Below are positions 14,509 through 27,799 of a DNA stretch of 64,000 nt, one piece after another (within the stretch, counting starts at the first letter, position 1; every line of letters starts with the position of its first letter). The notes beneath the pieces were generated by a model. That model ran no database searches. It saw only the letters and a list, made by a program, of their open reading frames with translations, and was not told the DNA's origin. The stretch is from NCBI RefSeq assembly GCF_009914755.1, contig NC_060934.1. One strand, given 5' to 3'. The stretch comes from the human T2T-CHM13v2.0 reference genome, Homo sapiens. The translations under genes and the position numbers were made by a program.

Positions 14509-15457
14509 ATAAAAAAAGAACAGAAGGGAGGGAGGGAAAGAGAGAGTGTAAGGGAAAGAAAATATCTGCTTTTCAAATGAATTTTGAATTAGGAAGGCAG
14601 ATTTGGCTGCTTTGTTCGTAAAGAATATCAGCCTACAATCTTGGGGTAGATTGAAGAAAATAGTGCAGCAGATATCTGATGAAGTGGTGTAACTGACTGT
14701 GTCCTGTTCTACAGGTCACAATACTAGACAGCTGTGACTGTCTGGTAGTAATAGGAGATTTCTCAATTGTGTGATTAAGAGCAAAGATGGCAAATGATCA
14801 TTGTAAGTCTCATGCTATAGCTGCACATAATTAAAATCACTAGGTACCTTAATTAAGATTATTAAGTGTTTCATTAAGAATTTAATTAGCAAGTTAGGTG
14901 CTTTATGATTTTTTAAAATCTATCAAATGGTATGATGTTTTATTAAGCTACAAATTGTATCTATTGAGCACTGTCTTGTGAGCCACTGTGAATGTAGTTT
15001 AGAGTCTGCAGAAGTTATTGTTAAATCGCTAAGTAATTAGCTTTAGTGTAGATTTTATTTTTGTTACTGCAGAGAAAATGTTAATTAAGCACTTGGGCTT
15101 GATTAGATCGTCTTTCTTCAGATACAGAAGCATAAAATCACAAGAATAGAAGGGAGTGGTAGAGGAGTGTTTTTTGCATAATAATGGACTTGGGGTTAGG
15201 TAAATGTGAGTTTATGTCTATGTTATTGCTCAGTTTAGGTGGTGAAGTCAAATATGACCTGTAGAACAATACCCTTTGATCACAGCCTCAGAAATATCAG
15301 AGACAGATATGTCTAAGGCTGGGGAGATAATATGATTAGTGGAAGGTACATGGATGTTGGGAACAAATGTAGGTTCAAATCTAGATCTGCCACTTTTTAG
15401 CTGTATGACTCCTGCCAGATCCTTGAATCTCTTTGAGCTTCAATTTCTTCGTCTATT

Positions 15458-15660
15458 GGGGGAGGGAAACTTTTCTGTCAAGAGACAGATAGTAGGTATT
15501 CTAGACTTTACATATCACATATGGTCTGTCACATATTTTAGTTCTTTTCGTTCTTTTTTTTTTCCTTTCAAACAATCCTTTAAAAATATGAGAATCATTT
15601 ATGGCTTGAGAGCTTTATACAAACAGGCTGATTTGAGCTCACAGGCCTAATATGCTGAAT
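15458..15660. mobile_element. MER58-family hAT element interrupting a MIR (about 15330-15730)
   Basis: ggaaacttttctgtcaagagacagatagtaggtatt is a MER58-like start; approximate ends. Confidence 0.6.
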
Positions 15661-16529
15661 ATATATATATATGTTTTCACTTTTAAGCAGCAAATACCTA
15701 GCACAGAGAAGTGCACAATAATTGTTGGTTCTTCCAATCATCAATGAAGCTAAAACTTTTGCTCAATTGTGCAGAGATTTTCAAAATGACCCTATTTTGC
15801 TATCATATATGCTTCCTGATTATCAGCTATAAACTTAAAGTAACAATTTATGGCTCTTGCTACCTGCCTTCTCAGTGCTCCCAATAGAGTAGGTGCTCAA
15901 TTAAGTATTATTTAATGATAGTAATGGGAATACATGGTGCACCAGCACGTCAGCATTCATAGAGAAGTGGCTGTGAATGGAGCATTGTAAAGGAAATAGG
16001 AAGCAGATGCAGTTGGTAGTGCAGGATCCAGAACATAAAAGGTAACGAAAGAAGTTTTCCAAATGTCTCATATCTGTCCATTACTGTCACGCACACGAAA
16101 TATCATGGGTGTATCGAATAGAATAAATGATGAGAGCAAATGGGTGGTAGGAAAGGAAGATTTATTGGTAATACTAATATTGTTACTATTAACTTTATCT
16201 AAATAGTTCGCTTTTTACAATTATCTTAGAAGGATTTAGGGGTTTTTCTAGCAATTCACTTTAGTCTCTAAGGACAAAAAAAGAAAACAAAATAATAGAC
16301 CCAAACAACATTGGCCATACATTATCTCCTGGTAATCCTGTTTTTTTTTAATTCATTCTTTCTCCCTTCTAGAGATTTTACATAGGTTTAACAATGTGTT
16401 AAAACAATTTGCTGAAATTTTAAAGGACATTTGTGTAGTCGATATAAAGCCATTTAGAATTTTTTCTGTCGCAAAGGTGATAGTCTTATTTCTCTCTCCT
16501 TGCCTATTTGGCCCTAGAGCTTCAGCCAT

Positions 16530-16925
16530 TATAAATTTCCTGCTATTCCCTATACACAATACTTCTCATTTTATTTCACAGGCTGTTCCTGGTGACATGA
16601 CCATCTCACTTTCTCTGTTGATTAACTTCTATATGCACATCAGTTCTTATCTAAGACATCACCTCTTCCCATGGCTTTCACTGATCCACTATCAACCCAT
16701 TCCCCTTCCTCACTCCATCTCATAGTCAGGGTTGGGATATTCCCATGTGATTTGTTGTCACTGTGCTCACACCTTTAGCCTACTCTGATCACGCTGCATT
16801 ATAATTGTCAAAAACTGTGTTACTTACTAGACTATAAACTCTTTGAGGGCAATGACTTTATCCTTTACCCTTCTGTATACCCAGCAACTTGGACTATCTG
16901 GCTCAGGGTGTATATTCAGAAACTT
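16530..16925 (+). mobile_element. L2 3' fragment
   Basis: tagactataaactctttgagggcaatgact..., a typical L2 3' end. Confidence 0.6.
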
Positions 16926-16931
16926 TATTTT

Positions 16932-17488
16932 TGGGTTTCCTGGTAAAATACAGGATACCTGGTTAAATTTGAATTTTAGATATTCAGAGAAAAACTTTAG
17001 ATGAACTAAATTTAGCAGACTTTATTTGAGCAAGGAAATGATTCATGAATCAGGCAGCGCCCTGAACCAGTAGTCTCGGAGAGCTCCACTCAGCAATATA
17101 GACAGGAAGTATTTATAGACAGAAAAAAAAGAGGTGCCATGCAGAAATAACCTGATTGGTTACGGCACTGCCTTTTCCTTATTTGGACATGTTTTGGCAG
17201 TTTGCAGCCTGTGATTGGCTGAAAGCTCTGCTGCTATGATTGGCTAAGATTTGGCTACTAGTACAAAAATGTACTTTCAGTTAGAATGCAGTTTGTTTCC
17301 ATATTAAGTTAGGTTACAGTTCATTATAGCTTTAGGCCAAATTTAAATTAACACAGATAAACAATGTATACGTGTTTAGTGTAACTACAAAGAACACACT
17401 TATACTAAACAAAAGTACTCATTATTTATCTGAAATTCAAATTAAATTGCATGCCCTGTATTTTTAGTTGCTAAATCTAGCAACCCTA
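16932..17488. mobile_element. MER53 MITE split into two halves (16932-16980, 17354-17488) by an LTR
   Basis: Left half aaatacaggatacctggttaaatttgaattttaga; right half cagataaac...tttatctgaaattcaaatt...agcaaccct. Confidence 0.8.
16981..17353 (-). mobile_element. MER57-family ERV1 solo LTR
   Basis: Minus strand begins tgttaatttaaatttggcctaaagct and carries three CCAAT boxes and a TATAAA; 4-bp TSD TAGA/CAGA. Confidence 0.8.
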
Positions 17489-17809
17489 CTCTATTACATG
17501 AATGAATGAGCCGATGTTATTCTATTCTGTATTATAGTAAGAAATAATTTTCATTATTTTCTGTAGGTTTCAGACTAGAGATTAAGCCACAGTAGAAAAT
17601 TTCACCAACGTGATCTGAAATCCTTGCTTGCACTTCGAAAGAATGTTTTTCTAATAACAACAGAGGGTCTTACTCACTGTGAAGAGATGACTGTTAATCC
17701 TTGAGAAACTTTCCAAATTAATAAAGCAGTGTGACACTCATGATGGTTTATCAACAGTAAACGGGAGTGAACAAGAATCTATTGGGATTAGACATGATGT
17801 AATAATAAT

Positions 17810-18070
17810 GAAATAATAACACTGCCTAATGTTCATTGAGGGCTTCAGTATGTCAGACAGTGATCCAGGTTATTTTCGTGTATTTACTTTCTTATTCTTC
17901 CCAAAATTAGCCCTGTCAAATACCATTATTTTCCTCATTTTTTTTTTTAAAAGAAAACTGATAGGCAGAGAACTTAGGTATCTGACCCTAGGTCACACAG
18001 CTGATTAGTGGCACATTTGGTATTTTAAGCAATATAGAGTAACTCTTCAGCCTGCTTTTCTAACCACTAT
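17810..18070 (-). mobile_element. MIR SINE
   Basis: gaaaactgataggcagagaacttaggtatctgaccctaggtcacacagct, reverse MIR core. Confidence 0.65.
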
Positions 18071-18263
18071 GTTCTACTCTCTCATTGTAAAGATATCCTG
18101 TGAGTTAATGTAGTGGTTAATGCACCTTATGTGATTAAATTCTGAATCATTATGAAGAGAAAATCTGTTTCCCAATTGCTAGTGGGAATATTAGAAAGAG
18201 AATCTCAAAGTAAGATTAAATATAGGTATTATTATATGCATGCATGGATATCTATGTGAAATA

Positions 18264-18265
<2 letters not shown>

Positions 18266-18305
<40 letters not shown>
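18266..18305. repeat. (TG)20 microsatellite
   Basis: Direct count. Confidence 0.95.
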
Positions 18306-18309
<4 letters not shown>

Positions 18310-20804
18310 ATTGGTAGCTTAATCTTTTAAGAGATCCAAAATGCCACTCTAAGAGTTATGAAGGGTGTTAAGATGTCCCTGCTGAAAAAATACCTTCCTT
18401 AGTTTATCATCCAGTTCCTATGATTGTTGCCAAAGAAACTGGGGCAAAAGGCAATGCTGTAAGTGACACTGGAGGATACTGTGTTAAACATGTTTTACTT
18501 GATCTACCTGCTAAACTGGTATCTCTTCAGTGTAATTACACTGGGCCAGCATAAATTACCTCTAGACCTGATAGCTGGGGATGGTTTTGGTGTGAGGGTT
18601 GAGGGATGACCCAAGAATGAACAGCAGCTAATAACCACACAGTCAACACACAGCCCTTCAGAAAGAGTAAGACCTCAGCAGCCTCTCTACTCGGAAATTA
18701 CTTGTGAGAGTTAATTTCTATTATTTTGTATATCTTTTATTAAAAAATAGAATATTTATTTTATACATGTAATTCGAATATATAATATAAAATTTAAAAG
18801 CTACAATAATAACTATCCCTTCTTCCTCTGTCTTTTAATCACACATTCACTTCCTTGAATGTAATTATTTTTTCTAATGCATGCAGAAAAATACCATGCA
18901 TTTTGTGTGTGTGTGCATATGTGTTTTACAAAAATGATAAAATACATACACATGGTTCTATACCATGGCCTTTTCACTTAAGGTAGGAGATTGTATACAT
19001 ATAGGGGTTTTTTAGTTATTTTCAATGGTTTTAAAATATTTCCTTTTATTATTGTACAAAAAATGTATTTTAATCAATACTACATTGATAGGTATTTAGG
19101 TTATTTCCAATCTTCCTATACACAACACTATAGTAATATGCTTTTAATGTTATTTCCCAAAAGTATAAGTACATATGTAAGATTAAAAATTACAAGAAAA
19201 TACTTAAATAAATTATGCTGAATTGTCTCTACAAAGGTAATACTAGATTGTATTTATACTGGCATTATTTTCACATGCTTTTGCATTTCTCTTACTGTGT
19301 GTGAGATAGTTCATATTTTCTCTGTTTAAAGGATGTTTCTCTTTCCTTGTCTGTGAACTGACTGTTCATGTCTTTTTCTTACTTTTTAATCGGGGTATTC
19401 TTTATATTATTATCACCTTGCAGAAACTCTTTAGAATCAAATAAATTTAGCTTTTGGATATTTAGATATTTAAGCTATAAATACTTAAGGAAACTTTTAA
19501 TGCATACATATCTATATAGAGAAATATTTAGGACAATTTCAATGTACATATATGTGTTTATATTTTATATATATACAATATTTTAAGACCTTTAAAATGC
19601 TTATACAGTGTATCTCTATGATAGGTGCTGAGCCAGTAAGGCAAGTTTAATATGTCACAATTTTTGGTAAAAATTGATATGTTTAATAATTCAAATGCCA
19701 TGTTTGCTTTTTTTCCCTAAATTAATGCTATTTTAAGTTTTGACTGTATACAGAAGTTTGGCTTTTAGTACTTTTCATTTGAATTGGATATGAATTTCTT
19801 TTCTTTACAGTTGTTTCCTCTGCTTTTGAGTCACAGTTAATATTTAGTGTGAGTAAAATTATACCATGGTAGATGCACTAAATGATAAAGTCACTAAAAA
19901 TTTTTGCTTAGCAAGCTAGCTCTTTATTCAGTTAAGATGAAATAGGAAATATGTGATGAGCATGTACCAAAAAACTTTTTTCCAATTTAACTTTATACTA
20001 TAATTTTGCATATTTCTTTTCCTTAAAATAACTACTTAAAATCTCAATTTTAATTTTCATTTATGATATATGGTTTTATACACATTTATTACATTTTCTT
20101 GACTTTTTATTGTGAGAATCTATTATTTAAAGTGATCGTGCTTGATTTCTATGTGAAAATACATTTTAATCACCTATATAAACTATTATTATGAAAATCT
20201 ACATATTCCATAATACACTACTTATATTTTCAGACAGTAGATCACAATTACAGGCTTATAATTACTATTCTATCTAAAGAAGTATCCTTGGATTCAAGAT
20301 GAATCATCTCAAGAGCATTGAAGACCATGATAATTAGAACTTTTAAAAAGTATCGACATGCATAAAATCCTAACAAACCACAGAGTAGAACAGTGCCATG
20401 ATTTTGATCAACATTTCACATATGAAAAATGAAATGGAGAATGAATCATTTTCTCAAGGTCATATACCAAGTTGGCAATAGAATAATAAAAAGGAGACAC
20501 TCTCTCCTGACATGTTGTCTAGAATTCTGATGAGAGAACACAGTCCAGTTTTGAGGTATTTTAGGTAAAAATCCTTTGAAATATGTGACCATGCAACTTA
20601 ACATTTTTCAAATTTGTATCAGTTGAGGTTTACTAGTTTATCAATCCAGTCATTCCAGTATGCCTTCTCTTACTCTACTTTCAAAATAGGAAAAAAAGTG
20701 AATAAATATTTTTCAGCCCTGTGAATGAAGAGTACCAAGAAAAATAAAGGAAAGACTAATGCATTACTTTACTCTCTAAAGTACTCATAACCCATGACAC
20801 AACC

Positions 20805-23509
20805 TGTCTTGTCCTGTCTTGATCTGTTTTGTGCTGCTATAAGTGAATACCACAGACCAGGTATTTATAAAGAACAGGAATTTATTTTTTACAGTTGGAA
20901 GTTGAAAAGCCTAAGGTTGTGGCCCCATATCTTTTGAGAGCCTTTTTGCTGTGTTATCCAATGGCAGAAGGCAGAAGGTGGAAAGGGAAGAGAGCACAGG
21001 CATGAGAGAGAGACAGAGAAAGAGAGGGAAAGAGCGAGACAGAGAGACAGAGATAGACAGACAGAGACAGAGAGAGACAGAGAGGGAAAGTGAGACAGAG
21101 AGAGAGAGACAGAGAGAGAGAGACAGAGGCAGAGAGACAGAGAGAGGGAGACAGAGACAGAGAGAGAGAGAAAGAGGGAGAGAGACAAAGACAGAGAGAG
21201 AGCACACTGAACTTGCTTTTATAACAAACTCACTCCAGCAATAGCAAACTCACTCCCTCAGTAAGGACATTAATTCATTCATGAGGGCAGAACTCTCATG
21301 ACCAAATCACCTCTTAAAGATCCCACCACTCAATACTGTTGCACTGGAGATTAAGCTGCCAACACATGAACTTTGGGGGATACATTCAAACCATCAAATT
21401 CTGTGCATGCCTCTCCAAATTTACATCCTTCTCACATTCAACATACATCCATTCCATCCCAATAGCCCCCAAAGTTTTAACTAGTTCAGCGTCAACTCAA
21501 AAGTCCGAATCCCAAAGTCTCATCTGAATCAGATATGGATGAGACTCAAGGCATGATTCATTTTGAGACAAATTCTCTCCAGCTGTGAGCCTATGAAATC
21601 AAGACAGGTTATCTATCTCCAAAATACAATGGTGGGGCAGGCATAAGATAGATATTTTCATTCCAAAAGGGAAAAATAGGCAAGAAGAAAGGGGTAACTG
21701 ATCCCAAGTAAGCCCAAAACCCAGTGGGGCAAACAACATTAAATCTTCAGAACAATCTTCTTTGACTCCATGTTCCATCTTCTGTGCACACTGGGACAGG
21801 AGTTGGGCTCCCCAGACCTCAGGCAGCCCCGCCCCTGTGTCTTTGCTGGCTTTAGTCCGCCCTGTCAGTCTGTGCCTGAAACTTTCCAAGGCTTACGTTG
21901 CACTCTGGCAGCTCTACGGTTATGGCGTCACAGATGCAGCCCCACTCCTATGGCTCCACTAGGCATTGCCCTAGCAGTGGCTCTCTGTGGTGATTCTGCC
22001 TCTGTGACAAGTTTCTGCCTGGGCCCCAAGCTGTCCACGACATCTTGTGAAATCTTGGTGGAGGCTACCGTGGCCCCATAACTTGCAAACTATGTGCACT
22101 TTCAGAGTTAGTTATATGTGGACACTGCCAAGGCCCACTGCTTTTGCCCTCCAAAGTGGCAGACCAAGCAGCCCAAGCTGCACCTAGGCCCACTTAAGCC
22201 ATATTTACTCCTGGGGTGGCCCAGGAGTGCTGCATTGGGATGAAGAAACAGAGGTGTCCTGCCCTGGAGGTGGTGTAGGACAACAAATCATGAGGCCTTT
22301 AGAGCATCTCTCTGGAAACCTTGCCTTCAAGGTCCTGCTCTGGGCCTGTGATTGGAGGGGCAGTCCTGAACATATCTGAAATGCCTAGATGATCTTTGTC
22401 CCATATTCTTGATGAATAGGATCTATCTTCCTTCCATCCATATTACTATTTTTAGCAAACAGTCGCTTGACCACACGGTTAGTATTCTCTCCCAAGCATG
22501 CTTTATTATTGTTTACATGGCCAGTCTGAGAGTTTTCCAAATCTTTCTATTCTGCTTCTGTTTTAATTATTAATTCCATCTTAAAATCATTTCTCTTCTC
22601 TCTAATTTTACTGTAAGCAGCTAAAAGAGGCCATGTAGCATCTGGAATCCTTTGCTGCTTAGCTATTTCTTCTGCCAGATATTTTAGTTCATCACTCTTA
22701 AATTTCATCTTTAATAAAGCCCTAGGGCGTGGACATAATTCAGCCAGGTTCTTTGCCACTTTATAATAAAGCTGACCTCTACTCCCGTTTCCAATACCTT
22801 ATTCGTCATTTCTCTCTGAAACTTCATCAGAATTGCCTTTAGTGACCATATTTCTACCAACATTTTAATCATGACCAATTAAGTAATCTCTAAGAAGATT
22901 TAGTTTCTCCCTACAGCTCCTGTCTTCTGAGCCCTCACCAGAATTTCCCTTAACACTCTGTTCACAGCAGTCTCGATTTTTTTCCTGGGCTGCTGCTTGA
23001 AATTCTTTCAGCTTTTAGTCATTATTCCATTCCAAAGCTACTTCCACGTTTTCAGATATTTGTTTTAGCAATAGCCCAACTCCTTGGTACCAATTTCCTA
23101 TTTTAAGCTATTTTGTGCAGCTATAACAGAATACCCGAAGTTGGGGAAACTGTAAAGAACAGAGATTAACTTGTTATACTTTGAGACACTGGGATGTCCA
23201 AGGTTGAGGGGCTCACATCTGGTGAGGGTCTTCTTGATGCATCATTCCATGGTGGAAGGCAAAACATAGAAGGGCAAGAAAGCGTGTGCACACGTGCAAG
23301 AGAGTGCAAGAGGGAGCCAAACGCACTTTTATTACAAACTCACACTTTCAATAGCATACTCACTCCTGACATAATGACATTAATCCATTCATGAGGGCAA
23401 AGCCCTAATTGACCTAATTACCTCTTAATGGTCCCTCTTCTCAACACTGTTGCATTAGTGATTAAGTTTCCAAGACATAAATTCTGGGGGATACGTTCAA
23501 ACCATAACA
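20805..23509 (-). mobile_element. Complete MaLR provirus (MST-type, probably MSTD): 3' LTR about 20805-21398, internal about 21399-23098, 5' LTR about 23099-23509
   Basis: Two homologous direct LTRs (gctata..gaatacc...ttcatgagggca...ttcaaaccat) flank an MST-int sequence. Minus-strand ORF 22547-22759 (LAELCPRPRALLKM..DELKYLAEEIAKQQ) resembles the MaLR internal ORF. Confidence 0.9.
21003..21202. repeat. (GA/GACA)n purine-rich microsatellite inside the 3' LTR
   Basis: Direct reading. Confidence 0.95.
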
Positions 23510-24114
23510 CACCTATCGAATAATTATTCTATTTATATCTTCTACTCAAATTCAAACTTATCTTTCACCTATTACCTTACAAAATTACATGTATCAATGT
23601 CTGAAAACCACCAGATTTATGTTAATTCATATTATTTTATAAAATATGGCTCAGAGAAGAAGAATAGATATAAGAGGAATCTACTAATAAAATAATAACA
23701 AAGAACAATAAGCTCATCCTTCTATCTGTAAATTCTCCCTGGGGTGACATTCTTTAAATTTGTAAGGCTTTGCCAAAGAGTTTAATATTTGAAGCAAAAG
23801 TACAGAGTAAATACCATTTGTACCCTAATAAGAAAGAAACTAGGATTCAGAATTCTTCAGAATGTCTTATGCCAGCTATAATGGAATGTAAAGAATATTA
23901 TCTGTAATGACTAGATAGAAAGAACAAAAGCCACCAGTCACGTTTTAACATTTAGGGGAATGAATTCATTCAAATGTGGAATATGGAAGATGTACAGGTT
24001 ACTGTCGATTCTCAGTTCCACTGATAACACAAAGGAAACACAACAGAAAAAAATAGCAATATATATCCCACTGCAATTACTTTTTCTTCCCCTTTCTCTT
24101 TCATTAATTCTGTA

Positions 24115-24195
24115 TATTAGGTTGAACCATAGAAAATTGTCAATATTTGGCTGTTTTTAACCTGCACAAACAATTTTATTTGGCTCAGTCTAATA
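24115..24195. mobile_element. MADE2 mariner MITE (about 80 bp)
   Basis: TA-ttaggttgaaccata ... tggctcagtctaa-TA termini. Confidence 0.75.
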
Positions 24196-25120
24196 AATGG
24201 CTACATTCTTTGTCACTGAAGAATGCCATAGAAAGTGAAGTTTGTATGTCAGATAAAAAATTCATTATGCTATCAACCCAGCAGAAGTAATGAAAAAAAT
24301 GTGAAAATTGAATTCTTCCAACTTCTTCATTCTCTATTTAGTTATTGTGTTCTCCCGTGGATATAGATCGAAGAGGATATGCAGTCTCTCAGGAAGTGAA
24401 TTCATATAATGAATGGAAATATCCAATCACATGACCAGGAAGAATAAACCTTGGAGTTGGTTTTTGGACAGCACTTATAATTTTTCTGCCTAGAGAATCA
24501 GTCTCTTTTGGGTCATGTTACGAGTCCATATTATTGATAAGAAACCAGAGACTGCCTTGGGTAAACTCCAGAAAGAGGATCTGCTTTAAACTCAAGTCTA
24601 TGTTTATCATAAGTTGATATATATTCTTAATAATACATTGACCTTTATGCATTTTTCATTGCTCCTTTATTTTACATTGTAGGATTTTTAAGGACAGAGA
24701 TCATATTTTCTGTTTAGAAGAAATTGTTCTTTAATATATGAATTCCTTATAAATGGCTGTAGCAATAACATTTACTTCAATATGTGAAAAGGCCATCAGT
24801 ATAGGTACTCCAAAATTACTAATTCAATTTTCTTAAAACTTCATTCTATCATGGCTACAAATTGTTTCCTCTACTTGAGTTTAAGCTCTCTAACTAATTT
24901 TAGAGATTTTAGTTAACATGGTAAAGGAAAAGAAAGTGAATCTTAAAAAAAAAATAAATCCTTAGAACTACCTCCAGACACTGAATGATGTGGCCCTGTT
25001 TTCTTCTCTGTGTTCTATGGTCTCTGCCTTCTTTTCTTTTACTCAATCTCTGAATTCCAACTTTGCTTATGTTACAATAAGCTCTTTCCTAATTCAAGCT
25101 ATTGTATATGTTCTATATGT

Positions 25121-25284
25121 TGTGACAGTTGATCTGATAACTGAGATGGCTACTAAGTGGCTAATGGGTGAGGAGCATCTACAGCATGGACACACTGGAC
25201 AAAGGGAGGGGTTAAGTCCATGGTGTGAGGAAGCAGGACAGAGTAAGACTTAATTAAGCTACTTAGAATGGTGTGCAATTTAAA
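25121..25284 (+). repeat. 164-bp duplicated MER82 segment (copy of 27005-27168)
   Basis: Ungapped manual alignment, 13 mismatches in 164. Confidence 0.92.
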
Positions 25285-26420
25285 TGGTGTTATTTAAGGA
25301 TAGGGACATATTCTGAGAAATGCATCTTTAGGCAGTTTCATTATGCTAGCATCGTAGAGTCTACTCACACAAACCTAGGTTGTATAGCCTACTACATACC
25401 TAAGCTCCATGGTATAGCCTATTGCTCCTAGGCTAGAAACCTGTACAGCATGTGACTGTACTGAATACTGCAGGCAGTTGTAACAGTAGTATTTGTGTAT
25501 CTAAATATATCTAAACATAGAAAAGGTAAAGCAAAAATATACCATGAAAGATTAAAAATGGTACACCCAAATAGGGCACTTACCATGAATGAATCTTGCA
25601 GGACTATAAGTTGCTGTGGGTGAGTCAATGAGTGAGTGATGAGTGAATGTGAAGACCTAGGAAATTACTGTACACCACTGTAGACACTAGAAACACTGGA
25701 CACTTAGTCTACACCAAATTTATAAGAATAGTTTTCTTTCTTCAATAATAAATTAACTTTAGCTTATTGTAATTTTTTACTTTATAAACTTTTTAATTTC
25801 TTTTCTAATAATTTCTAAAATACAAACAATTCATACAGCTGTATAGAAATAGTTTCTTCTTTACATATTCTATAAGATTTTTTCTATTTTTAATTTATTG
25901 TATTTTTTACTTTTCGAAGTTTTTTTGTTAAAAATGAAGACACAAACATTCACAGTAGTGTAGGTCTACACAGGGTTGAGATCATCAATATCACTGTCTT
26001 CCACCTCCACGTCTTGTCCCCTTGGAAGGTCTTCAGGGGCAATAACACACATGGAGCTGTTATCTTCTATAACAATGCCTTTTTCTGGAATACCTCCTGA
26101 AAGACTAGCCTGAGGCTCTTTTATATTAAGCCCTTTTCTTTTTTTTAGTAAGTAGGAGTACACTCTAAAATAACAATAAAAAGCATAATGTAGTAAATAC
26201 TTAAACTAGTAACACAGTCATTTATTATCATTATCAAGTACTATGCAAGGTACATAATCATATGTGCTATACTTACATATAATTGGCAGCACAGTAGGTT
26301 TGTTTAGGGCTATGATATTACTAGATGAAAGGAGTCTTTCAGCTCCATTAGAATCATGGGACTATTGTTGCATATGTGGTCTGTTTGTTGACCAAAATGT
26401 CATTGTGTGGTGCATGACTA
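25285..26420 (+). mobile_element. Tigger3b/GOLEM-type DNA transposon, first bases of left TIR missing
   Basis: ttctgagaaatgcatc..acacaaacctag..gtatagcctattgctcctaggcta; right end gtggtgcatgact. Confidence 0.85.
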
Positions 26421-26589
26421 TGCATGCTTCCTGTAACACATTTCTCCTGACTGTTTATCTTAAGGACCCAAACTCCACCGTTGGGTCTTAATTTCTAATG
26501 TCCTTACAAAAGTTGTCTGTCCTAATTGCTGAATGAGATCCTCCCTATTAGTTATCTGATTGCATGCTATTTGATCAATGTTTCCATTA

Positions 26590-27275
26590 GAGTAGCCCTC
26601 ACTTATCTGCAGGGAATATATATCCCAAGACCTCCAGTGGATACCAGAAACAGATGATCATATGGAACCCGATTGCCCTCAATTGGAACACGTTTCTGTT
26701 TGTGTCTTCCACCCACAAATGTAATGCCTTTCCTATCTTAACTAAGCACTTAACATGCACTGTGGCCATAACTTTTGCAGTTTGAATGCAACAGCAAAAC
26801 TAACACAAATGTATTTTTCCTTCTTCACAATTTCACAGATAGAAGATATGTTTTCATCATAGATCTTAGTAACCTCACCATGTGACCTTTTTTTCTTTCT
26901 TATCAAGTCAATAACTTTCACCTTTCATGAAAGAAGCACTTTAAGGCTTTTCTTTGGCATATCAGAATTGCCAGCATCACTACTCTTGCACTTTGGGACA
27001 GTGATGTGACAGTTGATCTGGTAACTGAGATTGCTACTAAGTGGCTAATGGTTGGGGAGCATATACAGCATGGACACACTGGACAAAGGTAAGATTCAAG
27101 TCCACGGTGTGAGGAAGCACGACAGAGTAAGGCTTAATTAAGCTACTTAGAATGGTGTGCAATTTAAAACGTATGACTTGTTTCTGGAATTTTCCATTTA
27201 ATATTTTTGGACTGAAGTTGACTGCAGGTACCTGAAGCCTAGGGTAACTGAGTGAAACTGTGGATAATGGTGAGG
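26590..27275 (+). mobile_element. MER82 (Tigger-family) DNA transposon
   Basis: agtagccctcacttatctgcaggg..ccaagacctccagtggata start; gaaactgtggataa end. Confidence 0.75.
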
Positions 27276-27611
27276 GGAGGTGGTGGTGGGGCAGGGGAGG
27301 GCTACTGGGTATGTTTGTGTACTAATTTGATATCTGTCTCCACTAGACTGCAAGGTCAGGCATACAAAATATATTAACCTTTGGCAAATATTTGTTAAAA
27401 TAATTGCTGGTTTATTATTATTATATTCATGGGACATATAAGTACTTCATAATAAAGGTGGATTTTCTAATTTAATAAATAAAAAGAGATAAGAAGAATA
27501 AAGGGTTTGTAAGGCTATTCACCAAGATGTTAATCTTAGTTATCTCCTGGTAGATGGTGTTACAGTACTTTTTATTTTCCCCCTTTTTTTGTAATTAATA
27601 TGCAAAAATAC

Positions 27612-27750
27612 TTCTTTTTCTTTCTTTCTTTGTAGAGTTGGGGTGTTGCTACATTGCCCAGGCTGGTCTCAGACTCTTGGGCTCAAGTGATCTTCCCGCC
27701 TCAGCCTTTCATGTAGTTGGGATTACAAGTGTGTGCCGCCAAACACAGCT
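27612..27750 (-). mobile_element. FLAM/AluJ monomer
   Basis: tgcccaggctggtctc..gggctcaagtgatcttcccgcctcagcc. Confidence 0.8.
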
Positions 27751-27799
27751 CTGTAGAAATATTTCTTATGTGTAAAAATTGTTCTTATCCTTTAAAAAT

